The position numbers were made by a program, and so were the translations under genes. Of a DNA stretch of 64,000 bases, positions 53,199 to 61,242 are shown one piece after another. Source of the stretch: Pyrinomonadaceae bacterium (GTDB taxonomy: Bacteria; Acidobacteriota; Blastocatellia; Pyrinomonadales; Pyrinomonadaceae); contig DATCMK010000029.1 in NCBI GenBank assembly GCA_036563455.1, forward strand, positions 2,396 to 66,395, written 5' to 3'. Position 1 is the first letter of the stretch, and each line of letters starts with the position of its first letter. Below the pieces are notes generated by a model. That model ran no database searches and was not told the DNA's origin. It saw only the letters and a list, made by a program, of their open reading frames with translations.

Positions 53199-54221
53199 AT
53201 GCAATCGGAAATCTTAGCGAAAGTGATTCGCGGCGAAACAGTCGAGTCCGTGCACCGCGGGCATCTCTTCATCGTCGACGGCGCGGGCAACGAAATCGTT
53301 AACATCGGCGACGCGGAAACCTTGGCGTTTATTCGTTCTTCGGCGAAGCCTTTTCAGGTTTTGCCTTTTTTGATGAGCGGCGGCGCGGAAAGGTTCGGTT
53401 TTCTGGAATCGGAGATCGCGCTCGCGTGCGCGTCGCATTCGGGCGAAAAGATACACACGACGATCGCCGAAAAAATGCTCAAAAAAATCGGATTGGCGGA
53501 ATCGGATCTGCGCTGCGGCGCGCATCTGCCGTTCAACGAACAGCGCGCCGAGGAAATGATCCGCGCGGGCGAACGGCCGACGCAGCTGCATAACAACTGT
53601 TCGGGCAAACACGCCGCGATGCTCGCCTTCGCGCTTCTTCTCGGCGCCGACATCGAGACTTACGATTCGGTCGACAATCCGGTTCAGCGGGCGATTTTGC
53701 GGACGATCGCGGATTTCACCGAAACGCCCGCCGAAGAAATCCCGATCGCCGTCGACGGCTGCGCCGCGCCGAATTTCGCTTTGTCGGTGAGGGCGATGGC
53801 GAAAGGCATTTTGAAGCTCGTTTTTCCGCCCGCCGATTTCGGCGCCGAGCGGCGCGAAGCCTGCCGCCGCGTCGTCACCGCGATGATGAATTACCCAGAG
53901 CTCGTCGGCGGTACGGAAAGGTTGGACACGCTTTTAATGACGGCGGCGCGCGGGCGGTTCGTCTCGAAAATCGGCGCGGAAGGCGTCTGGCTGTGCGGCG
54001 TTTTGCCCTCCCCGCGATGGGAAAAAGGCTTGGGCATCGCGCTGAAGATCGACGACGGCGACGACAAGCGCGCCCGCGCCGTCATTTCGATCGAGGTTCT
54101 GCGGCGGCTCGGGATTTTTGAAGAATCGACGCTCGCCGAATATTCGCCGCTGCCGATCAAAAACCGCCGCGGCGATACGGTCGGCAACGTCGAGACAAGC
54201 GTAAAATTAGCCACGAATTAA
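53199..54221 (+). CDS. Asparaginase-II-like (PF06089) family protein
   Basis: Carries the HNNCSGKHAAML motif and has the overall size of the family. I chose the start at MQSEIL, outside the repeat. The last five codons (KLATN) and the stop are encoded by the next repeat copy. Confidence 0.55.
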   Translation: MQSEILAKVIRGETVESVHRGHLFIVDGAGNEIVNIGDAETLAFIRSSAKPFQVLPFLMSGGAERFGFLESEIALACASHSGEKIHTTIAEKMLKKIGLAESDLRCGAHLPFNEQRAEEMIRAGERPTQLHNNCSGKHAAMLAFALLLGADIETYDSVDNPVQRAILRTIADFTETPAEEIPIAVDGCAAPNFALSVRAMAKGILKLVFPPADFGAERREACRRVVTAMMNYPELVGGTERLDTLLMTAARGRFVSKIGAEGVWLCGVLPSPRWEKGLGIALKIDDGDDKRARAVISIEVLRRLGIFEESTLAEYSPLPIKNRRGDTVGNVETSVKLATN

Positions 54222-54285
54222 CTCGAATTAACGCGAATTTATTTTAATTCATTTCGTGAAATTTCGTGTCTATTCGTGGCGAAAT
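54203..54285. repeat. Family-1 palindromic element (copy h), containing the stop codon of the preceding gene
   Basis: aaaATTAGCCACGAATTAACTCGAATTAACGCGAA...TTCGTGaaaTTTCGTGTCTATTCGTGGCgaaat. Confidence 0.85.
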
Positions 54286-54309
54286 GTTTTTTGCGTTAAA
54301 ATCTCTTTT

Positions 54310-54843
54310 ATGGCAGAAGCAACACCGCAGGAAAATTACCCGCCGAAATTGCGGCAGACGGCGACCGGCGACATCGACGTCAATTCGCTGGCGGACCTTT
54401 TGGAATGGTTTTTGAATTACGATCAGCGCGTCGCGCTCGTCCGGCATCCGCACGTCGAGGAGCTTTATCAATGGAAACAGAAGGACGACGCGGCGCACGG
54501 CACGGAAGTCTACCCGTTCGACAACGCCGAAGCGCGGTTCGCGGTCGGCGCGTTTCAGGCGCTGGCGGAAAACCCGACCGAAGAATCTTTGGCGCGCTGG
54601 ATCACCGACGTTTTGCAGGCTTTAGGCGAAGCGAAGCAGACGAACGAGGACATCGCGGCGGAGCATAAATTAGACCCGGCGAAATCGCATCTGGCCGAAA
54701 GCGGGAAAATCCCGATGAACACCGAAAGACGATTGTATCTGACGAGCTGCTGGGTCGAAGCGCTCTGCACGGCGGAAGTCAGATTTCTCGGATGGGTTTA
54801 TCAGGAACTGTACGGCAAGCCGTTTCAGCCGGTTGCCGAATAA
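54310..54843 (+). CDS. Hypothetical protein
   Basis: GC3-rich ORF. I chose the start at MAEATPQ, outside the repeat. Confidence 0.5.
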   Translation: MAEATPQENYPPKLRQTATGDIDVNSLADLLEWFLNYDQRVALVRHPHVEELYQWKQKDDAAHGTEVYPFDNAEARFAVGAFQALAENPTEESLARWITDVLQALGEAKQTNEDIAAEHKLDPAKSHLAESGKIPMNTERRLYLTSCWVEALCTAEVRFLGWVYQELYGKPFQPVAE

Positions 54844-54844
54844 A

Positions 54845-55081
54845 ATGCTGTTATGTGAAGGAAGATTCGAAGGAATCGTCGGCTCTGATTTGGAACGCGG
54901 CGGAATGTTTTTGGAAGTCAGCGAAACTCCCTACAATGCGCTTGAAATAGTTTTGGAAATCTTTTATTCGGACGCAACGAATAAGTTTTCGATGACACTT
55001 TTCAAAGAAAACGTCGTGTCGGAAGTTATCGAAGAAGCCGTGAAAACAGCGAAAGAAAGACTCGTTCCGGTAAATTCATAG
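54845..55081 (+). CDS. Hypothetical small protein in a low-GC segment
   Basis: ORF only. GC is clearly lower than neighbours. The track start is a TTG at 54833; I used the ATG. Confidence 0.25.
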   Translation: MLLCEGRFEGIVGSDLERGGMFLEVSETPYNALEIVLEIFYSDATNKFSMTLFKENVVSEVIEEAVKTAKERLVPVNS

Positions 55082-55091
55082 GAGATAATTC

Positions 55092-55856
55092 ATGACGCAG
55101 GCTACCGTTTCAGTGAAAGGCAAAGTTTCGGCGGAGGAATGGCGGGCGCGCGTCGATCTGGCGGCGCTTTACCGTCTGGTCGCGCTTTACGGCTGGGACG
55201 ATCTGATTTTTACGCACGTTTCGATGCGCGTGCCGGGCGAAGACGGGCATTTTCTGATTAACCCGTACGGCTTTTTGTTCGAGGAAATCACGGCTTCGAG
55301 CCTCGTCAAAGTAAACTTAGCGGGCGAGATCGTCGGCGACACCGAACATTTCATCAATCCGGCGGGTTTTACGATTCACAGCGCGATTCACGCCGCGCGG
55401 CACGACGTCGCCTGCGTGCTGCATATTCATTCGCTGCACGGCGTCGCGGTGTCGGCGCAAAAAGACGGCCTTTTGCCGCTCTCGCAGCAGTCGCTCTTGC
55501 CGCTGTCGTCGCTCTCGTACCACGATTACGAAGGGGTCGCGCTGAGCGCGGACGAAAAGCCGCGCCTCATTGCGGATTTGGGCGCGAAAAATTTTCTGAT
55601 CCTGCGCAATCACGGGCTTCTAACCTGCGGCAGATCGGCGGCGGAAGCGTTTTTGTTCATGTACATTTTAGAAAGCGCGTGCCGCATCCAGATTCTCGCG
55701 CAGAGCGGAGGAAAGGAGTTGATAACGATTCCGGATCCGATTCTTGAAGGCATTTCCGCGCAGGTGGAAATGGTCACGAAAGGCTTGGGCGCCGAGCTTA
55801 TTTTTCCCGCGCTCTTGAGAAAACTGAACCGGATTGACGCGGGTTACAAAAATTGA
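55092..55856 (+). CDS. Class II aldolase/adducin family protein
   Basis: Metal-binding histidines (HIHSLHG) and the fold signature. SD GGAG upstream. Confidence 0.75.
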   Translation: MTQATVSVKGKVSAEEWRARVDLAALYRLVALYGWDDLIFTHVSMRVPGEDGHFLINPYGFLFEEITASSLVKVNLAGEIVGDTEHFINPAGFTIHSAIHAARHDVACVLHIHSLHGVAVSAQKDGLLPLSQQSLLPLSSLSYHDYEGVALSADEKPRLIADLGAKNFLILRNHGLLTCGRSAAEAFLFMYILESACRIQILAQSGGKELITIPDPILEGISAQVEMVTKGLGAELIFPALLRKLNRIDAGYKN

Positions 55857-55913
55857 ACGCCTTCCGGCGTTGAACCGCGACCGAAAGCTATCTCGATGAT
55901 CCTTAAATTCTTA

Positions 55914-55977
55914 CTTTGCGGCTTTGCGGCTCTGCGGGAGGACGAAAATTTCCCGCAAAGACGCAAAGCCGCAAAGG
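55914..55977. repeat. Family-2 element: CTTTGCG tandem repeats forming an inverted repeat around GCGGGAGG...TTTCCCGC
   Basis: CTTTGCGGCTTTGCGGCTCTGCGGGAGGacgaaaatTTCCCGCAAAGACGCAAAGCCGCAAAGG. Confidence 0.8.
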
Positions 55978-56027
55978 AAAACGCGAAAAATTTCGACCGG
56001 TTAAATTGTTTTTGAGATAGCTGCCGG

Positions 56028-56067
56028 AAAAAAACGCGACCGTTTATTAAACGGTCGCGTTTTTTTA
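56028..56067. terminator. Bidirectional terminator: A-run, perfect hairpin, T-run between convergent genes
   Basis: aaaaaaACGCGACCGTTTattAAACGGTCGCGTttttttt. Confidence 0.8.
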
Positions 56068-56097
56068 TAAAAGCCGTCGAAATCTCGCCCGTTCGTT

Positions 56098-56925
56098 TTA
56101 CCGGCCGAAAGTGTTGCACTGGCGCATGTCGCCCGACTGCAAGCCGCGTGAAAACCAGTTTACGCGCTCGCGCGACGAGCCGTGCGTGAACGACTCGGGA
56201 ACGACGTAGCCCTGCGAGCGTTTCTGGATCGTGTCGTCGCCGACCGACGACGCGGCGGTCAGGGCTTCTTCGTAATCGCCCGATTCGATCAAGCCCTGCT
56301 GATTGGCGTAATACGCCCAAACGCCGGCGTAACAATCAGCCTGTAGTTCGAGCGCGACCGACAATTGATTCGAATTTCCCGCGCGCTGCACTTGATCCAT
56401 CGTGCCTAAGATATTCTGCACGTGATGCCCGACTTCGTGCGCGATGACGTAGGCCTGCGCGAAATCGCCGGGCGCGCGGAACTGGGTTTTCAGCTCGCGG
56501 AAAAACGCGAAATCGAGATAGAGCTTCTGGTCGCCCGGGCAATAAAACGGTCCGGTCGACGAGCTCGCGTTGCCGCACGCCGACTGCACCGCGTCGGTGA
56601 AAAGCACGAGCTTCGGATTGACGTAGCGGCGATTCGCCTGCTGCGGCAGAACTTTGCCCCACACGTCCTCGGTGCTGCGCAGAACGGAGGACGCAAAGCG
56701 TTTATCATCGTCGGTGACGTTCTGATTCCGCTGCTGCTGCTGCTCCTGCTGCGTCTGTCCCTGATCGAGCACGCCGCTGTCGAGCAGCTGGCGCGGATCG
56801 ATTCCGCAGACGAGCGCCGCGATCAGCACGACGATCATTCCCAACCCGCCGCCGCCGAGCGCGATTCCTTTACCGCCCAAACCGCGAATATCTTCGATAT
56901 TGCTGCTTTCTCCGCCGATTTTCAT
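56098..56925 (-). CDS. YpfJ-like neutral zinc metallopeptidase
   Basis: N-terminal transmembrane segment and an HExxH motif (AHEVGHHVQN). Resembles the Zn_peptidase PF04228 family. Confidence 0.7.
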   Translation of the reverse strand: MKIGGESSNIEDIRGLGGKGIALGGGGLGMIVVLIAALVCGIDPRQLLDSGVLDQGQTQQEQQQQRNQNVTDDDKRFASSVLRSTEDVWGKVLPQQANRRYVNPKLVLFTDAVQSACGNASSSTGPFYCPGDQKLYLDFAFFRELKTQFRAPGDFAQAYVIAHEVGHHVQNILGTMDQVQRAGNSNQLSVALELQADCYAGVWAYYANQQGLIESGDYEEALTAASSVGDDTIQKRSQGYVVPESFTHGSSRERVNWFSRGLQSGDMRQCNTFGR

Positions 56926-57008
56926 TTTCCTGTTTTCCCCTCTTGCTAAAATATTTACCGAAATTTTAGCATTTTGTTGAAACCTGCGTAAATCACTATG
57001 ATAAAAAA

Positions 57009-57875
57009 ATGAAGTTAAACGATTGGAAGGAAAGCGGAAAATATTTCGACTGCGATGGCTTGCCGATCTTTTATCATCTGACGAAAAATTCGGACGAAGT
57101 TCTGCTCTGCCTGCACGGATTTCCGGCTTCGTCGTTCGATTATCACAAGATTTGGAGCGAGTTAGCCGAAAGGTTCGCGGTTTTGAGCTTCGATCTCGTC
57201 GGCTACGGCTTTTCCGCCAAACCGGCGGATTTCGAGTACACGACTTTTCGGCAGGCGGACGTTCTGCAGGCGCTGCTCGCGCATCTCCGCATCAAGCGCA
57301 TGCACATTCTCGCGCACGATTACGGCAACACGATCACGCAGGAGCTGCTCGCGCGCGGCGAGGAAAAGCGGCTTGATTTTTCCATCGAAACGATCTGCAT
57401 GCTGAACGGCGCGCTCTTTCCCGAAACGCACCGCCCGATCCTGGCGCAGAAAATCCTCATCAGCCGCGCCGGATTTTTGTTCGCCAAATTGATCACCGAC
57501 CGCCTTTTCAAAAAAAGCCTCGCTTCGGTTTTCGGCGCGCGAACGCAGCCGACCGCAGCGGAACTCGAAGATTTCGCGACGCTCTTTAAGTACAATCGCG
57601 GCAAGCACATCGCGCATAAATTGATCCGTTACATGGCGGAGCGCGCGCGCTTTCGCGCGCGCTGGGTCGGCGCGCTCGAAACGATGCGTCAGCCGTTCCG
57701 GATGATTAACGGATCGGATGATAAAGTGTCGGGCCGGCACCTCGTCGAAAGATTCCGCCAAATCGTGCCGCGGCAGACGGATATCGTCGAACTCGAGGGC
57801 GTCGGTCATTTCCCGCACCTCGAAGCGCCGGAAATCGTCCTCGATAATTTTTTTGAATTTCATCATAAAAATTGA
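57009..57875 (+). CDS. Alpha/beta hydrolase (Asp-nucleophile, epoxide hydrolase/haloalkane dehalogenase-like)
   Basis: Motifs LCLHGFPASS and AHDYGN (Asp in the nucleophile elbow). Confidence 0.7.
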   Translation: MKLNDWKESGKYFDCDGLPIFYHLTKNSDEVLLCLHGFPASSFDYHKIWSELAERFAVLSFDLVGYGFSAKPADFEYTTFRQADVLQALLAHLRIKRMHILAHDYGNTITQELLARGEEKRLDFSIETICMLNGALFPETHRPILAQKILISRAGFLFAKLITDRLFKKSLASVFGARTQPTAAELEDFATLFKYNRGKHIAHKLIRYMAERARFRARWVGALETMRQPFRMINGSDDKVSGRHLVERFRQIVPRQTDIVELEGVGHFPHLEAPEIVLDNFFEFHHKN

Positions 57876-57988
57876 TTAAATTCACGAACGCTTTGTTTTT
57901 CGGTCGGTTCCGCGGATCGGGCGAATCGTGTGTTTTTGTAAAACACGAATTTTAATAGATTTAGCCTCGATTTTTTGACGAAAAATTC

Positions 57989-58018
57989 TTGACAGAAAGG
58001 GGTGTCGTATTTATCATC
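57989..58018 (+). promoter_or_regulatory. Sigma70-type promoter TTGACA-N17-TATCAT upstream of the HU/IHF gene
   Basis: cTTGACAgaaaggggtgtcgtattTATCATcaataaaag. Confidence 0.55.
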
Positions 58019-58072
58019 AATAAAAGCCAATAAAGTTAGTTCTTTCAATATTTTCGAGGGAGGAAAAGAATA

Positions 58073-58351
58073 ATGATTAAACTCGACATCGTTAATCGCG
58101 TCGCGGATAAAACAGGTGTTCCCAAACAGAAAGCCGAACAGGTTGTTGATTCGCTTTTCAACGCAATGAAGGACGCATTGGCGAAGGGGAAACGCATCGA
58201 GCTCAGAGGGTTCGGCGTTTTCGTAGTAAAGGCCCGCAAGCGCGGTGTCGGACGCAATCCGCGCACCGGTAAAGAAGTTCCGATCCCATCGGGCAAAACC
58301 ATCCGTTTCAAACCCGGCAAGGATTTACAAGCCAAAGCGGTCAAGAAATAG
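58073..58351 (+). CDS. HU/IHF family DNA-binding protein
   Basis: Carries the GFGVF..R.GRNPRTGKEV.IP signature. Length 92 aa. SD GGAGG upstream. Confidence 0.85.
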   Translation: MIKLDIVNRVADKTGVPKQKAEQVVDSLFNAMKDALAKGKRIELRGFGVFVVKARKRGVGRNPRTGKEVPIPSGKTIRFKPGKDLQAKAVKK

Positions 58352-58451
58352 ATCAAACTCGAAAGTTCGCCCCTTTATCAATTGTGAATCGTAAATCGCA
58401 AGATGCTAGAATTATATCTCAAGCGATTTACGATTTTTTATTTGCGCCTCG

Positions 58452-59489
58452 ATGTCTCAAGATTTAAACTCAGCCGCCAACCAATTTTTCAGCCGCCGCG
58501 AAGCGATGCGCCCGACCGCGCGCACCTGGGCGAAACATATCGGGCTCCTTCTCGTCACGTTCTGCACCGTCACGATCGCCGGACTGCTGCCGCCGTTCGG
58601 CATCAAGTACGACATTTTTTCCGGTCTCAATCCGCAAACCTGGACGGAGACCTTGTACGCGCTGCTGTCGCTGCCCGCCGCTTACGTGCAGGAACTTTTC
58701 CAGGTCGTCGGACTTCTTTTCACGAGCTCTGAATACCGCGCGTACGGGCTCAGCTTCTCGTTCTCGCTGCTTTTCATCCTGACTTCGCACGAAATGGGGC
58801 ATTACGTGGCGTGTCGCCTTTACGGCGTCGACGCGACGCTGCCGTTTTTCATCCCGACGCCGCCGCTCGTCGGTCCCGCCGGCACGTTCGGCGCGTTCAT
58901 CAAGATCGTTTCGCCGCTGCCGTCGCGCCGCGCGACGTTCGACATCGGCGTCGCGGGACCGATCGCCGGTTTCGTCGCGCTGATCCCGATCGCCGTGATC
59001 GGTTTTTTAACGCTGCAGCCGGCGCCCCCCGTCCCAAACGTCGAGGGCGGGCAGATCGTTTTCTCCAACCCGCTGTTTTTTCATCTTTTAAGCGCCGTTT
59101 TCGGCGCCGGTTCCGAGCTGCGGCAGCATTCGCCAAACCCGTTTTACGCGGCGGCGTGGCTCGGGATGCTGGTGACGAGCCTCAATCTGATTCCGTCCGG
59201 GCAGCTCGACGGCGGGCACGCGGTTTATTCGGTTTTCGGCGAGCGTCTTCACCGCTGGACGGGCAGAATCGCGTTCGCCGCGATGATCGTGCTTTCGATC
59301 TCCGGGCTTTATTTTTACAACAGCCCGAGCGGCATTCTCTTCGCGGTGCTGCTCGGCGTGATGATGCGCATTCGACATCCCGAACCGCTCGACACGACGC
59401 CGCTCGACGCGCCGCGCCGATTCGTCGCGATTCTGACGCTGCTGATTTTCGTTCTTTCTTTCACGCCGTTTCCGATTCAGATTCAATAA
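58452..59489 (+). CDS. M50 family (site-2 protease-like) membrane metalloprotease
   Basis: HEMGHY (HExxH) inside a transmembrane helix; polytopic membrane protein. Confidence 0.7.
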   Translation: MSQDLNSAANQFFSRREAMRPTARTWAKHIGLLLVTFCTVTIAGLLPPFGIKYDIFSGLNPQTWTETLYALLSLPAAYVQELFQVVGLLFTSSEYRAYGLSFSFSLLFILTSHEMGHYVACRLYGVDATLPFFIPTPPLVGPAGTFGAFIKIVSPLPSRRATFDIGVAGPIAGFVALIPIAVIGFLTLQPAPPVPNVEGGQIVFSNPLFFHLLSAVFGAGSELRQHSPNPFYAAAWLGMLVTSLNLIPSGQLDGGHAVYSVFGERLHRWTGRIAFAAMIVLSISGLYFYNSPSGILFAVLLGVMMRIRHPEPLDTTPLDAPRRFVAILTLLIFVLSFTPFPIQIQ

Positions 59490-59513
59490 GAGCGACATAA
59501 ACGGCTTTTCTCT

Positions 59514-59578
59514 AACGCGAAGACGCGGAGGGCGCAAAGAAATTATAAAAATCTTTGCGCCCTCCGCGTCTTCGCGTT
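59514..59578. terminator. Perfect 27-bp-stem hairpin between convergent genes, followed by a T-run (bidirectional terminator; family-2-related core GCGCAAAGA/TCTTTGCGC)
   Basis: AACGCGAAGACGCGGAGGGCGCAAAGAaattataaaaatTCTTTGCGCCCTCCGCGTCTTCGCGTTgaaatttttt. Confidence 0.8.
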
Positions 59579-59586
59579 GAAATTTT

Positions 59587-60621
59587 TTATTCCGAAGCCT
59601 GCGGCAACATGCCTTTGACTTCGCGCACGATTTTCTGCACGTCTTCGTGATCTTCGAGCGCGATCATAAAGAAGTCGTAACTCGTTTTGAAGCAGACCAT
59701 GCCGTTGCCGAAAAACCAGACGCCTTCGAGCAGCGGATTGCCGCCGAGCAGCCAGTCCAGGGGAGCGCCGGTGATCGTTTTCGGGTTGACGATGTTCGTC
59801 ATCATGACCGCGCCGGACGCGAACGAAAAAGCGCCGAGCAGCGGCGCGCCGACGTACTTCGCGATGTCGCGCTCGAACTGCACCTTTTCCGCTTCGGCTT
59901 TCGACAGATCGCCTTTCGTGATGAGCGTTTCCTGATTTTTCAGGTAATCGTTGAAAAACTCGGCGACTTTTTTGACCGACCACGCCGGCAGCGCGGAATT
60001 GAACAGCCAGTGCGAACTGAGCCCCGTAAAAACGACGCCGCCGACCGCGCCGACCGCCATCGAAACGCCGGTCGCCGCCGCCTGCAAGGGTTTGTCCGCG
60101 ATCCATTCGGAAGTCTGCTGCAACGTCTTCCACGCCGAATCGAACGTGCGCGTCCAGCTCGCGCCGAAATTGAAGATGCCCGACGCGGTGCGCGCGCCTT
60201 TATTGAATTTTTCCGACGCGTCCTCGAAAACCTCGTTCGCTTTTTCGCTCGCGACCGAGAAAACTTCGCCGGCTTTTCTGCCCGCTTCCTTCGCGGCATC
60301 GGCGGCTTTGCCGGTCACTTCGCCCGCCGCGTCGCGCAGCGGCTCGCTGACTTCGTACACTTTTTTGGCGGTTTCGCCGGCGGTTTTGAACGCGCCTTCG
60401 GCGACGCCGACGGCTTGTTTGCCGACTTCGGATTTTTCGGCTTCCGACTTGATCTTTTCCGCGCCTTCCTTGAGGACTTCCGCGCCCTTCTGCGCCGTGT
60501 CCTTTAACACCTTCGCGCCTTCTTCGAGCTTTTCCTTAAAGCCGATTTGCTTGTCGAAATCTTCGAAGCGTTCCTTCGCTTCGCGCTGCCATTTTTCAAA
60601 GCGTTCCTTGTAGTCGTTCAT
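59587..60621 (-). CDS. Hypothetical protein: N-terminal apolipoprotein/LEA-like amphipathic repeats and a C-terminal hydrophobic domain
   Basis: Repeated K/E/A-rich 11-mer-like units (..AEKIKSEAEKSEVGKQAVGVAEGAFKTAGETAKK..). Three hydrophobic segments in the C-terminal half. Confidence 0.5.
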   Translation of the reverse strand: MNDYKERFEKWQREAKERFEDFDKQIGFKEKLEEGAKVLKDTAQKGAEVLKEGAEKIKSEAEKSEVGKQAVGVAEGAFKTAGETAKKVYEVSEPLRDAAGEVTGKAADAAKEAGRKAGEVFSVASEKANEVFEDASEKFNKGARTASGIFNFGASWTRTFDSAWKTLQQTSEWIADKPLQAAATGVSMAVGAVGGVVFTGLSSHWLFNSALPAWSVKKVAEFFNDYLKNQETLITKGDLSKAEAEKVQFERDIAKYVGAPLLGAFSFASGAVMMTNIVNPKTITGAPLDWLLGGNPLLEGVWFFGNGMVCFKTSYDFFMIALEDHEDVQKIVREVKGMLPQASE

Positions 60622-60681
60622 TTCGCGTTCCTCTCCGTTTTGTTGCTAAAAAAATTACGTCTTTCGCCGCCGATTTGTTCG

Positions 60682-60736
60682 CTTAGATGCAGAAAACGCA
60701 TCTAAGCTTTGTATGATTATACAATTGGCGGCAAGA
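60682..60736. promoter_or_regulatory. Two adjacent palindromes in a divergent promoter region: CTTAGATGC-N7-GCATCTAAG and TTGTAT-GATT-ATACAA
   Basis: Read directly. Confidence 0.45.
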
Positions 60737-60781
60737 TTCAACTTTCTTCCCCTTTGTGCTAATCTAACTCTTTAAAAAATT

Positions 60782-60991
60782 ATGCCTTTAGTGAAATGTC
60801 CATCCTGCGGAAAGGAAATCGAATACTCGAGCGAGAACGAATTTCGCCCGTTCTGCTCGGAACGCTGCAAATTGATCGACTTCGGCGCGTGGGCTGACGA
60901 AGAATACGCTTTGCCGACGCAAGACACCGCGCTCGCGGAAGAAGATCTGGAAAAAATCGAACGCGCTCTCAAGGAAAAAGGAGAATTATGA
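60782..60991 (+). CDS. yacG: DNA gyrase inhibitor YacG (zinc-binding)
   Basis: CPSCGK..x..FCSERCK zinc ribbon. Length 69 aa. Confidence 0.8.
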   Translation: MPLVKCPSCGKEIEYSSENEFRPFCSERCKLIDFGAWADEEYALPTQDTALAEEDLEKIERALKEKGEL

Positions 60992-61236
60992 TTTCGACGA
61001 TTCTACTGATCGAGCTTCTGCCCGTTTTCGGCGTCGTGTTTTTTCTGATTTTCGCCGCCGTCGCCTTCATCGCCTACAAAATGCTGAAAAGAACCGTCAA
61101 AATGGCGGTGCGCATGACGATCGTCGTCGCGATTCTGCTGATCGCGCTCGTCGGTTCGGTCGCGCTTCTGATGTTCGCCGGCAGCAGCAAAACTTCGACG
61201 CCGACCAAACCGGCGCCGACTCGCACGAACCGCTGA
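60988..61236 (+). CDS. Small hypothetical membrane protein (2 transmembrane helices)
   Basis: Overlaps the yacG stop (ATGA). Hydrophobic. Confidence 0.45.
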   Translation: MISTILLIELLPVFGVVFFLIFAAVAFIAYKMLKRTVKMAVRMTIVVAILLIALVGSVALLMFAGSSKTSTPTKPAPTRTNR

Positions 61237-61242
61237 TCCTGA

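Noticed and set aside
57880-57960. Possible degenerate family-1 repeat copy after the alpha/beta hydrolase gene (contains CACGAA and AAACACGAA)
   Set aside because: Only loose similarity. No matching inverted arms or GCCGCGAA clamp. Left as ordinary intergenic sequence with a small hairpin CGTGTGTTTTtgtAAAACACG.
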